Assembly: GCA_963828525.1 (NCBI GenBank)
Contig: CAWHEP010000009.1
Coordinates: 320,001-384,000, forward strand
DNA from: an uncultured Verrucomicrobiae bacterium
Lineage (GTDB): Bacteria > Verrucomicrobiota > Verrucomicrobiia > Chthoniobacterales > Chthoniobacteraceae
DNA: 64,000 nt
Reading direction: 5' to 3'
Notes under the pieces: model-generated
What the model saw: only the letters and a program-made list of their open reading frames with translations
What the model was told of the DNA's origin: nothing
Databases searched by the model: none
Position numbers and translations under genes: made by a program
Part shown: piece after piece, positions 1 to 9,791 of the stretch
How the letters are laid out: each line of letters opens with the position of its first letter
How positions within the stretch are numbered: position 1 is the first letter of the stretch

Positions 1-393
1 CCGCAGGGGCTGGCCATCATCGTAGACGAATACGGAGGAACTGAAGGAATCGTGACGATGGCCGACATAATGAAGGAGATCTTTGGGGATGCAGCGCCTG
101 ACGAGGAATCAGAACTGTACATCGAAAAAATCGAAGAGAAGCAGTTACTTGTGAGCGGGAATGCGCGCCTGGACGATTTAGGCGAACGTCTGGGAATCAA
201 TCTTGAAGAAGAAGGCATTGATACGATCGGCGGAATGGTATTCAACCACTTGGGTTACCTCCCGAAGCCCGGTTCTGACATCGTGTTACGCGGGCTGTCG
301 ATCCACGTGCGGAGCGCTTCGAAAAAACGATTGAGCGAATTGGTCGTATCGCTGGAGGCGCCCGGAAAAAGCGCTAAGGAAGACCCTGCATGA
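1..393 (+). CDS. Hemolysin/CNNM-family protein, C-terminal part (CBS + CorC/HlyC transporter-associated domain), 5' truncated by window
   Basis: Reads AIIVDEYGGTEGIVTMADI...DTIGGMVFNHLGYLPKPG, typical of the CBS-CorC C-terminus. Confidence 0.85.
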   Translation, partial: PQGLAIIVDEYGGTEGIVTMADIMKEIFGDAAPDEESELYIEKIEEKQLLVSGNARLDDLGERLGINLEEEGIDTIGGMVFNHLGYLPKPGSDIVLRGLSIHVRSASKKRLSELVVSLEAPGKSAKEDPA

Positions 394-1334
394 TCTGGAT
401 CGCAATCCTCCTGGCGCTCCTGTGCTCCTTTGTTTTTTCGGGGATAGAAGCAGGTATTTTATCGGTGAGCAGGGTGCGCCTCCGCCACAGGATCGACGCG
501 GGAGACGCGGCAGCCGCAAGACTTGAGAGCCTCCTGCACGATCCGGCGCGGTTGTTAATGACAGTCCTTATAGTGACTAATCTCACGAACGTTTCCGCCT
601 TTATCCTGGGGACGGGGGAGATCGTCTCGCGCCTCGGCCTCCCGGGGTATGCGGTGTCGTTGGCAATAGCCCTGCCTCTTTACCTCCTCGCGCTCGAGAT
701 GTTGCCGAAATCCATCTTTCGGCGTTTTCCCTATCGGGCGCTTGCCGCGTTATCAGAACCTCTGCGCCTGGCAGATATAATTCTATCCCCGTTTGTAGGG
801 GCGGGACGCGAGCTATCGCGTCTTCTTCTCCGCAGAAACAGCGCTCAAAGAGAGGGTATTCTCATCCGCGACGACTTCAAGTTTCTCACACTCGAAAGCG
901 AGCGGATCGGCAATCTTACAAAGATTCAACGTGAGATAATCCACAACCTCGTGGACTTCCAGCTTCTCACCGCGAAGGAATTGATGCAGCCCATTTCGCC
1001 GGGGCGAATTCTCTCCGCGTCCGCCAGTATAGAGAAGGCCATAAGGCAGGCCCGGGAGTCGGGCTTCGAGCGGCTGCCTGTGGCCGCTGATGGTGGAAAG
1101 GTTGTCGGCATGGTAAGACCGTTCGAAATCCTGATGGAACGTCCCACCACGAAAAGCCTGGCCTCTTTCACTCAACGAATCCTTGCTGTCGGCGTCGACG
1201 AATCGGCTCAGGCTATTCTCGGTAAGATGCGAGCGCTTCGCGCGGAGATGGCGCTCGTCGTAACGAACGAGGCGATGCCCACCGGGGTGATTTCGATGAA
1301 TGACATCGCGCGGCGACTCGCGAGCGCGCGATGA
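390..1334 (+). CDS. CNNM/DUF21 membrane protein with CBS pair
   Basis: N-terminal SFVFSGIEAGILS, TM helices, EMLPKS motif, CBS-like region; overlaps upstream paralog by 4 nt. Confidence 0.85.
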   Translation: MIWIAILLALLCSFVFSGIEAGILSVSRVRLRHRIDAGDAAAARLESLLHDPARLLMTVLIVTNLTNVSAFILGTGEIVSRLGLPGYAVSLAIALPLYLLALEMLPKSIFRRFPYRALAALSEPLRLADIILSPFVGAGRELSRLLLRRNSAQREGILIRDDFKFLTLESERIGNLTKIQREIIHNLVDFQLLTAKELMQPISPGRILSASASIEKAIRQARESGFERLPVAADGGKVVGMVRPFEILMERPTTKSLASFTQRILAVGVDESAQAILGKMRALRAEMALVVTNEAMPTGVISMNDIARRLASAR

Positions 1335-1372
1335 ATACCGCGAAGTCTCCGACAGACTTACCAGGCGGTAAA

Positions 1373-1708
1373 TCATTTGGAGGAAAAAGTCCGCGTCGTG
1401 AGCATCGGCCGCGGAGCGAACGTCCGGGTGATCTCCACATTCGGGGCGGACACCGTAACCAGTCTGCCGTTCGGGTAATCGACCTCTGAAGGAGGGTCGA
1501 AGGAGCGATGTTCCAGCGCCATGAAGTGATAGCCCTCAATGTCATGGGAAACTCGCCCGTAGCTTATCCAGGTCGCAATCAGGTTGCCCCTTAAATCCGT
1601 CTCCACCACAGAGTAGTAGCGGCGGGGAGCTGAAGATTCATCTTCGCACGATGCCATGAAAACGACGGCCAGCAGGCACAGGCAGCGGCTGGATTGGAAC
1701 CACTTCAT
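1373..1708 (-). CDS. Hypothetical lipoprotein
   Basis: Signal peptide ending LAVVFMAS-C; 13 nt downstream of ftsZ on the same strand. Confidence 0.6.
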   Translation of the reverse strand: MKWFQSSRCLCLLAVVFMASCEDESSAPRRYYSVVETDLRGNLIATWISYGRVSHDIEGYHFMALEHRSFDPPSEVDYPNGRLVTVSAPNVEITRTFAPRPMLTTRTFSSK

Positions 1709-1721
1709 TGCCTCGCCCGCG

Positions 1722-3147
1722 TCACTTTATACGCACGTTGCGCCTCAGGAATGTTGGTACATCCAGATCCTCCCCATCTATGATGGTTGGCTCGGTCTTC
1801 TCAAAGCGCCCACGGGTTACCGGCTCGAACTGGAGTGTCTCCTGTCGCTCGACCGACTTCTGCGAGAGAGCGCCGGGCTGGACAGGCGGCAGCGCTTTCG
1901 CCCCGCTTTTCGCGCGAGAAGCCACGGGTTCCGTTGGCGGAATGACAGGTGGCGCCGCGGCTATGTGCAATACCGACTGCTCGGGGAAAGAATCGCTCGC
2001 CGGAGCGCGAGAGGCAGCCACCTCCTCCTCGTCCGCGGAAGCCACTTCGGGTTCCTGCTCTTGATCAGGAACAATGCTCGGAGGGGATTCAACCCGTCGG
2101 GGGGCCGCCACAGGCGGTTCATAACTCACCACTTTTCCACCCGTGGACGCCGCGAAGCCGGCCTCCTCCGCCTGAACCGAGCTGATTATCGTCACGCCCA
2201 TGCGGCTGCTCATCTTCGGGTCAACAGTCGCGCCGAAAAGAATTTGTGTGTGTTCACCGATGTGATGCGCAAGCTCATCCATCATCACCTGCACTTCATT
2301 CAACGTCAGATCCTGGCCGCCACACACATTCACCAGGACGTTCGTGGCCGAGGATAACATGCGACCGCGATCCATCAGCGGATTTTTCAGGGCTTTCGTG
2401 AGAGCCTCATGGGCGCGGTTGTCGCCCTCTGCTTCTCCGAAACCGAAAACGCACCGGGAGTTATTGTTCCGCAAAGCCGCCGCAAGCTCATCGAAGCCTA
2501 TATGGATGAGTCCCGAACGCCTCACGAGTCCGCACACGGCCTTGATACTTTGGCCGATCGTCTGGTCAGCATTCGCAAACGCCTGGTGAATGCCCGCTTT
2601 TGATGAAAGGGGCTCGCCCATACGGTCGTTGTCGAAACATATCACCACGTCGGCCGATTTTTGCAGCGCAACAAGCGCGTCCTCCGCCTGGAGGCGGCGT
2701 CGCTTGCCTTCGAAACCGAAGGGCATCGTGACAAATACAACCACCAGGGAGCCGTGCTCCCTCGCCAGACTTGCAACCATGGCAGCGGAATCCAGAGCCG
2801 GTGCCTCCGCCCAGTCCGGCGCAGATGAAGACCATGCTTCCGCCTTCGAGCACCTGACGGATTTCCTCCATCGCTTCGTCAGCGGCCGCGAGACCCACTT
2901 CAGGATCACCTCCTGTGCCAAGCCCGCGCGCGGTCCTGCGTCCCAATTGAACCTTCTCCCGCGCGACAGAACTGGTGAGCGACTGCACGTCCGTGTTCAT
3001 GGCGACAATCTCCACGTCGCCAATGCCGTCCAGAAGGAGCCGATCGAGCACATTCGAACCCGCTCCGCCGAGCCCAACGATCTTGATTCTGAAATCCATT
3101 CCGGCAGTGGGATCCGGCTGGCGATGCAATTCAATCATGACGGGCAA
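1722..3147 (-). CDS. ftsZ: Cell division protein FtsZ (one extra base near 2790 splits the ORF)
   Basis: IKIVGLGGAGSN, NTD, GLGGGTGSG in one frame; PFGFEGKRR, IGFDEL and C-terminal DLDVPTFLRR in the next frame. Confidence 0.95.
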
Positions 3148-3150
3148 CGT

Positions 3151-4365
3151 TTACCAGAGTCCGAAGAATCCCGGGAGTTTTTTTCGAAACTTTGACAGCC
3201 ATCCACCCGGGCGCTCGGATCGCAATGCCTGCGCATACTTGATCAACCCTATAGCGGTGGAAAATTGTGGATTCTCAAACGCCGAGGTCAGGCCCGACAT
3301 GGTTTGGGCGTGTGTGACGTGGACGGGCATTCCAAAAACGTCCGACGTCAGGTGATTAACCCCTTTCAGCATGCTGGACCCACCGGTGAGAAAAATTCCC
3401 GCCCCCAGAAAGTCGAGGTAGTTCTCTTTTTCGAGAGCGCGTTTCAACAACTCCATCGTCTCACGAACACGGACATGAATAATCGTGTTCAGAGTTTCCC
3501 TTTCAATCTCCTTCCCCGCGAATCCGCACTCGTCTTTAAGCATGATGGTCTCTCCAGGAAGACAATTCCCCAAGGTTACGCTCCCTTCATCCACTTTAAG
3601 CTTCTCAGCTTTCGCCATCGGAATCCGCAGGCCCGTCGAAATGTCCTGTGTGATGTGATCGCCCCCCACAGCAAGCACGCCGCTCTGCTTCACAGCGCCG
3701 TCCACGTAAACGATATAGTCGCTGACGCCGCCGCCTATATCGATCATCAGAGCTCCCAGATTCTTTTGATCCTGGGTTAAAACCACCTGCGCGGCGGCAA
3801 GCCCATTGAATGCGACATCCTCGACTTCCAAGGGGATCTCTTTGACGCAGCGGATGGTGTTCTTGATCCGCGTCAGCGCTCCATGAATGATATGGAAGTC
3901 GGCTTCCAGTTTCCTCCCAATCATTCCAATGGGATTCAGCACTCCGTCCCTTCCATCCACATAGTAATGCTGCAACACCGAGTGAACGAATGTATTCTCG
4001 GGTGGCAGGCTGACTTCCCTCGCGTTTATTCTCACCTGCTCAAAATCAGCCTCTTCGATCTCATCGTGATCTTCGGAAATGGCAACCAGGCCGCGGTTGT
4101 TGAAGCTTGAAATGTGCGACCCGGTAATGCCGAGATAGACGCTGCGGATCATGACATCGCTCTTATCCTCAGCATCCACAATCGCGTCATGCACACATTT
4201 GCTGGCGGTCTCGAAATCAACGATCTCGCCCTTCCGAACTCCCCGGGACGGAGCCTGACCAACCCCGAGGACTTTGATGGACCCGTCTGGCTTTGACTCG
4301 CCAACGACGACGCACACTTTGGAAGTGCCTATCTCCAATCCTACAATGATGCGTTCCTTACTCAT
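3151..4365 (-). CDS. ftsA: Cell division protein FtsA
   Basis: GLEIGTSKV, IDIGGG, LTGGSS, STAIGL motifs; C-terminal amphipathic helix; position in dcw cluster. Confidence 0.95.
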   Translation of the reverse strand: MSKERIIVGLEIGTSKVCVVVGESKPDGSIKVLGVGQAPSRGVRKGEIVDFETASKCVHDAIVDAEDKSDVMIRSVYLGITGSHISSFNNRGLVAISEDHDEIEEADFEQVRINAREVSLPPENTFVHSVLQHYYVDGRDGVLNPIGMIGRKLEADFHIIHGALTRIKNTIRCVKEIPLEVEDVAFNGLAAAQVVLTQDQKNLGALMIDIGGGVSDYIVYVDGAVKQSGVLAVGGDHITQDISTGLRIPMAKAEKLKVDEGSVTLGNCLPGETIMLKDECGFAGKEIERETLNTIIHVRVRETMELLKRALEKENYLDFLGAGIFLTGGSSMLKGVNHLTSDVFGMPVHVTHAQTMSGLTSAFENPQFSTAIGLIKYAQALRSERPGGWLSKFRKKLPGFFGLW

Positions 4366-5470
4366 CAGAGCTGTTTGTCTTTCTGCTGGAGACGGATTGA
4401 GGTTTATGAAAACCCGGCAGGCTGGCCTCCTTCTGACGTGTCAACGGAAGAGCCTTGCGCGCGGGAACAGGCGCCTTTTTCTTCACAATGCTTGCTCCGA
4501 GCGCAATTGCATTTGAAGGCGTCGAAGATTGCGGCACAGGCGCGCCCGCGTTTGCCAGTTCCTCAACGGGTTCGACGAATGTCACGGGCACATTGCGCTG
4601 CACCATCAGGTTCACCGTCTGAAGTTCTCGTTTGCTGTCCTCGACTTTGTCGAGCACAACGCCAAGCCGATCCAACTGCCAGTCAAGCCGGTCGAACCCG
4701 AACGTCACATGAGCGCGACTCTGATCGGTGACAACCATGCAATAGCCCTTCGAAAGGTCGATGCTTCTTACCTGAAAGCGCGTCTGGACCGCGTTATCCT
4801 CGTCCAGTCGCACCAGGTCGAGCGCAGCTCGAACCGCGAAGTCATCGATCGTTTCTCCCGCTTGCAAGTTGTCCATGCCAGTCACCCCGCAAATCACGGG
4901 AAGGTGACGGTAGTCAGGCAGAAGATTCTTCGCTTTCATCAACATCCCCTGTTTGTCAACCAGGAATGAGTTCGGAGAGCTGGATGGATCCTCATCGTCC
5001 CTGCTCGCGATCCAGGCGATTGGTTTCCGCTCGTTAATGGTGATGGCGATTCGCGCGGGCAACACTCGCTCAAGCTCAGCATGCTCAACCTGAGAAAGCT
5101 TCAGCAGGCTCTCGCGGGCCCTGGGAAGGTTTATCGAGAATATATTTTGGCCCTCCTTAATGCCCGCCGCCTTCAATACCTGGTCGCGCGATAACACTCC
5201 ACCGTCATCTGTGAACTGAATGTCCGTAAGGCGATAATCGGGATTTTCCCACACGAACCTTCTTAAGCCTTCTCTCGCCCCGTAGAATATACCCGCTGCC
5301 ACGCTGACCGTCAGCATTACCTTGCACAGACCGGTGATGACGGCTTGCACTCGCTGCTGCGAGGCTTTGCGAGAGCGCACTTTCACATCCAGCAGGTGCT
5401 GTTGTTTCCGTTTTCGCGGAGTGGACGCCCGTACATTCCGCGCGGGCGCCCTGGAATTTTGCCTCATCAT
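4358..5470 (-). CDS. ftsQ: Cell division protein FtsQ/DivIB
   Basis: Basic N-tail, single TM, POTRA-like region ending LPARIAITINERKPIAW; lies between ddl and ftsA. Confidence 0.85.
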   Translation of the reverse strand: MMRQNSRAPARNVRASTPRKRKQQHLLDVKVRSRKASQQRVQAVITGLCKVMLTVSVAAGIFYGAREGLRRFVWENPDYRLTDIQFTDDGGVLSRDQVLKAAGIKEGQNIFSINLPRARESLLKLSQVEHAELERVLPARIAITINERKPIAWIASRDDEDPSSSPNSFLVDKQGMLMKAKNLLPDYRHLPVICGVTGMDNLQAGETIDDFAVRAALDLVRLDEDNAVQTRFQVRSIDLSKGYCMVVTDQSRAHVTFGFDRLDWQLDRLGVVLDKVEDSKRELQTVNLMVQRNVPVTFVEPVEELANAGAPVPQSSTPSNAIALGASIVKKKAPVPARKALPLTRQKEASLPGFHKPQSVSSRKTNSSDE

Positions 5471-6396
5471 GTCGCCTCCCTTTTTTTCGCCAGGGAAAGC
5501 TCAATGATTCTCTCGCAAAGCTCGGCATACCCGATGCCCGCGACACCCGCCGCTTCCGGCAGCAAACTTGTTTCCGTCATGCCCGGGATCGTGTTGATCT
5601 CAAGGACGAAGGGATCGCCTTGCTGCGTCAGGATCAAATCCACTCGCGAATAAACTTCCAGTCCCAAAGCTTGGTGTGCTTCCAGCGCAATCTGTTGGAT
5701 GCGCAACGTGTCAGCGGCGCCAAGAGGGGCAGGGCATAGATGCTCGGCTCCTCCTCCACCCTGAGGATTTAAGAAAGGATATTTGTTATTGAAATCATAG
5801 AACTTACCTTTTGGCGTGATCTGAATAATCGGAAGCGCAAGAGTACCCAGTATGCCAACGGTCAACTCACGTCCGGGAATAAATTGCTCGACCAGCAGGC
5901 GCTCGTCGAACTGCGCGGCGTCTCGCAGGGCTGGCGCGATCTGTCCGGATTCACGGATTACATAGACACCGACCGCCGAACCCTGCCGAGGCGCTTTCAC
6001 GACATACGGGAGCGCCATGGATGGAAGTTCTCCGGAGCTTATCACCTCAAAAGGGGCAGTAGGTATCCCGGCGGCGGTGAATCTTTCCTTGGAAGCTATC
6101 TTATCGAAAGCGAGACGGCTTCCGGTGACTCCGTTACCCGTGTAAATAACGCCGAGATCATCCAGGATTTGCTGCACGTCCCCGTCTTCCCCAAAAGTTC
6201 CGTGAATAGCGTTGAAAACAATATAGACGTCTTCTGGAAGGATGAAGCCGGGGCCTTTCACATCGATTTCCTCCACCCTCGCGCCAAGGCTGCGCAGCGC
6301 TTTTGACACGCCCGCCGCAGTAGCCATCGAAACGGCCCGTTCGGAACCAGGTCCTCCTTTCAGGAGGGCTATGAGCTTGTTATGAAGAGATTCCAT
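5467..6396 (-). CDS. ddl: D-alanine--D-alanine ligase
   Basis: GGPGSERAVS, HGTFGEDG, LEINTIPGMTETSLLP. Confidence 0.95.
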   Translation of the reverse strand: MESLHNKLIALLKGGPGSERAVSMATAAGVSKALRSLGARVEEIDVKGPGFILPEDVYIVFNAIHGTFGEDGDVQQILDDLGVIYTGNGVTGSRLAFDKIASKERFTAAGIPTAPFEVISSGELPSMALPYVVKAPRQGSAVGVYVIRESGQIAPALRDAAQFDERLLVEQFIPGRELTVGILGTLALPIIQITPKGKFYDFNNKYPFLNPQGGGGAEHLCPAPLGAADTLRIQQIALEAHQALGLEVYSRVDLILTQQGDPFVLEINTIPGMTETSLLPEAAGVAGIGYAELCERIIELSLAKKREAT

Positions 6397-6412
6397 TTCG
6401 GTCGACCGACAC

Positions 6413-8701
6413 TTAGCAGATTTCTCCTACGATTTGAACCTCAGTCTCTAAAAGAATGCCTCGCTTTTCGATCGCCTCTTTCTTGATCCGCGCTATGAGC
6501 CTCAGCACGTCCTCGGAAGAAGCTCCCCCGTCGTTCACAATGAAGTTCCCGTGGACCTCCGAGACGCGCGCCTTACCCACGGACGAGTTCTTCAAACCCA
6601 GTTCATCGACAAGTTTCCCGGCTGGACATTCAACGGGATTTTTGAAGATGCATCCCGCGCTGGAAGCGGCGGGCTGCGATGTCCTTCTTTTCTGAACCGA
6701 CTCTGTCATCAGTCCCTGAATAGACTCTTTGGATCTCTCCTCCCCCCTAAAAACAGCCGAAACCGCGTAGCTCGTTTTAAGCGAAGGGACTTCGCGATAG
6801 CAAATCACGAGATCCGCCGGAGTTTTAGCGGAGATCCTGCCATCCGCGTCGACGATGGTAACGCTCTCCACGTTTCCAAAGGTCTCCGCTCCCATGGCTC
6901 CCGCGTTCATCCGCAGACTGCCGCCCACGTTACCCGGAATACCTTCCATCCATTCTAAGCCTCCTATGCCAGCGTCGCGGGCCGCGTTGCTCAGTTCTTT
7001 CAACTTCACTCCCGCGCCCGCGGTAATCTTGCGATCGACCACTTCCAATCTCTTGAACTGGCCACGGACGAGATGCGCGACGACGCCGGGAATTCCTCCG
7101 TCACGGACGAGGAGGTTCGATCCGCGTCCCATAACCATGATGGGGATCCCAGCGCCATGACAGTAAACAACCAATGCGATGAAGCCCTCTTCGCTATCCG
7201 GTTCCACCCAAAATTGCGCCGGCCCGCCCACACGTAAAGTAGTATGCCTGGACAGCGGCTCGTAGAGCGAGAATGCTCCCGTTTTTACGACGGCTTCGAT
7301 CTCTTCAAGGCGCCGCAGATCGGCTGATAGCTGCGTGGTTTCTTCATGTATGTCCCCCGCGCCCATACTGAGGATAAAGTCGCCTGGCTTTGCCATGTTT
7401 CCGATCGCCAGGCGCGCCTTCTTTCGGTTTCCTTCGAAATGCGCGCCTTTGTGCCCTCGGAGAGTCATCGCCTCGACGAGCGCGCGTCCAGTCACACCTT
7501 CTATCGGCTTTTCGCTCGCGGCATAGATATCCGTCACATACACGAGGGCAGAATCATCGAAAGCCGTGGCAAACTCGTGCTTCAGGCTCTGGGTGCGCGT
7601 GTATCTATGGGGCTGAAAAAGCGTGACGATCCGCCCATCACAGGTTCCCCTGGCGGTGGAGAGCGTCGCGCGAATTTCTGTGGGATGATGCCCATAGTCA
7701 TCCACGACCACGTATTTGGCGCTGCGATATTTTGTTTCGAAACGACGCCTGGCTCCGCGGAACGACGCGAGGGCCTCCGCAATGCAGCGCATATCCATCC
7801 CAAGAACCGTCGCAAGCGCCACGACTCCCACTGCATTGCTGACATTATGCCTGCCTGGGACATTGAGAACCACGCTTCCGATCACCGCGCCGTCGTTTTC
7901 TACTTCGAACGCGGACTGAAAGTTCTCCACACGAAGGTTGGTAAAGCGGAAGCAGGCATTTGCGCCTCCCCCAAAGGATACCGAACGGGGATGGCTCCTG
8001 CAGAGCCGATCCGTATTTGGGTCGTCGGAACAGTAAAAGACAGAACCGCGTGTATGATCCAGCAACTTCTGGAACGCGGCTTCAATAGCGGCGAGATTCT
8101 CGTAGTGGTCGAGATGCTCCTCCTCAATGTTGAGAAGGATGGAATGCTCCGGGTGATAGTTTACGATTGTGCCATCACTTTCATCGCCTTCGACCACGAA
8201 ATATTCACCCTTGGAATCCCAGAATGCGTTGGCGCCGAGGATGGGGATTTCGGCGCCTACATAGTGCGAAGGGTTCAGACCACCTGCCCGCAACACGTGA
8301 GCAGTCATGGCGGTTGTCGTGGTTTTTCCGTGCATGCCCGCGACAACGATGCCTCGCTTGCAGTTCATGATTGCCGCGACAGCATCCGCCCGGCGCGCCA
8401 TGTTCCTGCAAGCGCGAACGGCCTCGTCGTACCCGATATTGCCAGGCTTTATCGCTGAGGAGTAAATGACCAGATCGACATCGGTCACGGCTTCCGCTGT
8501 ATGCGGGCAGTGAAAAACCAGCCCTAGTTTTTCGAGCCGCTCCACTTCCACGGTGCTCACCTTGTCGGAGCCACTTACCCGATGCCCAAGCGCGAGCAAG
8601 AGTCCAGCGATGCCGCTCATGCCGGACCCGGAGACACCGAGGAGATGGATCCTCAGAGCGCCTCCCAACAGGATGTTCGAAAGTATCTTTCCAGTATCCA
8701 T
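6413..8701 (-). CDS. murC-murB: Fused MurC (UDP-MurNAc-L-Ala ligase) - MurB (UDP-N-acetylenolpyruvoylglucosamine reductase)
   Basis: MurC: GSGMSG, GMHGKTTTT, EGDESD, DDYGHHPTE, FQPHRY. MurB: HTTLRVGGPA, GRGSNLL, GIPGNVGG, SAGCIFKNP, HGNFIVN. Single continuous 762-aa ORF. Confidence 0.95.
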   Translation of the reverse strand: MDTGKILSNILLGGALRIHLLGVSGSGMSGIAGLLLALGHRVSGSDKVSTVEVERLEKLGLVFHCPHTAEAVTDVDLVIYSSAIKPGNIGYDEAVRACRNMARRADAVAAIMNCKRGIVVAGMHGKTTTTAMTAHVLRAGGLNPSHYVGAEIPILGANAFWDSKGEYFVVEGDESDGTIVNYHPEHSILLNIEEEHLDHYENLAAIEAAFQKLLDHTRGSVFYCSDDPNTDRLCRSHPRSVSFGGGANACFRFTNLRVENFQSAFEVENDGAVIGSVVLNVPGRHNVSNAVGVVALATVLGMDMRCIAEALASFRGARRRFETKYRSAKYVVVDDYGHHPTEIRATLSTARGTCDGRIVTLFQPHRYTRTQSLKHEFATAFDDSALVYVTDIYAASEKPIEGVTGRALVEAMTLRGHKGAHFEGNRKKARLAIGNMAKPGDFILSMGAGDIHEETTQLSADLRRLEEIEAVVKTGAFSLYEPLSRHTTLRVGGPAQFWVEPDSEEGFIALVVYCHGAGIPIMVMGRGSNLLVRDGGIPGVVAHLVRGQFKRLEVVDRKITAGAGVKLKELSNAARDAGIGGLEWMEGIPGNVGGSLRMNAGAMGAETFGNVESVTIVDADGRISAKTPADLVICYREVPSLKTSYAVSAVFRGEERSKESIQGLMTESVQKRRTSQPAASSAGCIFKNPVECPAGKLVDELGLKNSSVGKARVSEVHGNFIVNDGGASSEDVLRLIARIKKEAIEKRGILLETEVQIVGEIC

Positions 8702-9787
8702 TCAAGAACAGTAGCTCAACATGGCTTCGACCACCCGCGCGGCCGCGTTCGCATGTCCAAGCAGGGCGGCCTTTTCCGCCATTCGCCCGAGCATTGATGG
8801 ATCGCCGAGGATCTTGCGTATATTGTCCGCAAGCGCGATTGAGGTCGCTTCGTCCTCCTTCATCAAGACAGCGGCTCCCGCGCGCTCAAAAACCTTCGCG
8901 TTCAGGGTTTGGTGATCTTCAGCGGCATGGGGATAGGGAATGAGAATGGAGGGAAGCCCGAAGATTGCGATCTCGGCGAGGCTGGCCGCTCCAGAACGGG
9001 CAATCACAAGATCAGCAACGCTGTAGGCTTCCTCCATCCGCCTATGGAAGGCTGCGACAAACGCTGGCATATTCTCCCGCCGGTAATTCGCTGTCATCAA
9101 CGATTCATCCTGTGCCCCGCTGAGATGCGCGATCTGCATTGGAAGCCCCTTAAGCAGCGGAAGGGCCTTAATGATCGACTGATTGAGCCCATGCGCTCCC
9201 TGGCTGCCACCCATGATCAGCAGCGTTTTGTGTTCCGGTTTGAATCCGAAGAGACCCAGCGCCTCCTCCTTCGGTATGCGCCTGACGAGTGACTTCCTTA
9301 CAGGCGTACCAGTGACCTCGCATCGGGAGGCTGGAAAGAATTTTGCGCAATCCTCGAGACCAAGGAACACGGCCTTTACGATCTTCGCGTTCAACCGGTT
9401 AGCTTTCCCGGGGATGGCATTGGACTCGTGCAGAAAGGCAGGTATTCCCCTCCGCTTCGCGGCAAGGATAGGAGCGGTCGAGGTGAATCCCCCCATGCCA
9501 ATCACGGCATCCGGCTTGAACTGCTGGTATAAAACGCGGCACCGGGACAAGCTCTCAGCAAACTGCCGCATAAAGGGAACGATGGCCGGAGATAACAACT
9601 TCGGAAGTCCAATACCGGGTATTTTCTCGAACCTGAATTCATCACGGTCCTTTGTAGCCAGCGCATCGATTTCTTTCTCTGAAATGAGGATTATGACCTG
9701 ATCCCCGCGCTCACGCAGCACCTCGGCCACGGCGAGCGCAGGAAAAAGGTGCCCCCCCGTTCCTCCTCCTGCGATTACTATATTCAA
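8702..9787 (-). CDS. murG: Undecaprenyl-PP-MurNAc-pentapeptide GlcNAc transferase
   Basis: GGGTGGHLFP, HESN, GGSQGA, RSGA, HQTLNA. Confidence 0.95.
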   Translation of the reverse strand: MNIVIAGGGTGGHLFPALAVAEVLRERGDQVIILISEKEIDALATKDRDEFRFEKIPGIGLPKLLSPAIVPFMRQFAESLSRCRVLYQQFKPDAVIGMGGFTSTAPILAAKRRGIPAFLHESNAIPGKANRLNAKIVKAVFLGLEDCAKFFPASRCEVTGTPVRKSLVRRIPKEEALGLFGFKPEHKTLLIMGGSQGAHGLNQSIIKALPLLKGLPMQIAHLSGAQDESLMTANYRRENMPAFVAAFHRRMEEAYSVADLVIARSGAASLAEIAIFGLPSILIPYPHAAEDHQTLNAKVFERAGAAVLMKEDEATSIALADNIRKILGDPSMLGRMAEKAALLGHANAAARVVEAMLSYCS

Positions 9788-9791
9788 ACCG

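Noticed and set aside
1722..3147. Pseudogenisation or programmed frameshifting of ftsZ (and murF, valS)
   Set aside because: Essential genes with intact motifs, no shared slippery site, and indels spread across the whole window
7346..8458. Long antisense/shadow ORFs (also 28355-29218, 58439-59317, 61984-62754)
   Set aside because: Opposite well-supported genes, no recognisable motifs; expected in GC-rich coding DNA
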